Of a stretch of DNA of 64,000 nt, positions 63,917 to 64,000 are shown one piece after another. Made by a program: the position numbers and the translations under genes. Origin of the DNA: Malacoraja senta (lineage: Eukaryota); NCBI GenBank assembly GCA_038087875.1, contig JAXLNO010005889.1, positions 124,001 through 188,000 on the forward strand. The letters run 5' to 3'. How positions within the stretch are numbered: position 1 is the first letter of the stretch; every line of letters begins with the position of its first letter. The notes under the pieces were generated by a model. That model was given only the letters and a program-made list of their open reading frames with translations. It had not been told where the DNA came from and did no database searches.

Positions 63917-64000
63917 GCAGCAGAGTGAAGCAGTGGTAGAGTTAATGCCTTACAGCTCCAGAGACCCAGGTTCAAACCCAATTATGGGTGCTGTTTGTAC
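63917..64000 (+). mobile_element. HE1-type SINE head, truncated by the window end
   Basis: gcagtggtagagttaatgccttacagctccagagacccaggttcaaaccc. Confidence 0.85.

Overview
This is AT-rich eukaryotic DNA, not prokaryotic: no operons, CRISPR array, rRNA or intact tRNA. The repeats (HE1-type V-SINEs, HER1/CR1 LINEs, Penelope-like elements, Rex1/Babar, Tx1, L1) point to a cartilaginous fish, probably a skate or ray (inference). I can support one spliced + strand gene. Its phase-compatible exons are 4632-4669, 6105-6226 and 11398-11627, with a possible upstream exon ending at 588 and an RFX X-box-like motif at 230-243. It encodes a basic protein of about 117 aa that I do not recognise. The remaining ~52 kb has no recognisable host coding exon; it mixes transposon debris with repeat-poor, possibly enhancer-containing blocks. 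The listed ORFs there are TE remnants or chance ORFs. Notable structures: (1) at least 8 short fold-back Penelope terminal-repeat elements, several retaining minimal hammerhead-ribozyme cores; (2) a 37-bp hairpin micro-transposon with an 8-bp TSD nested in a MITE; (3) a non-autonomous Helitron with intact ends; (4) a hAT-like MITE and a Tx1 fragment, each inserted in a SINE; (5) a solo LTR; (6) CTCF-consensus motifs; (7) a near-perfect 30-bp minisatellite. Family names are from my recollection of motifs, not from database searches. There is an assembly gap at 8272-8551.
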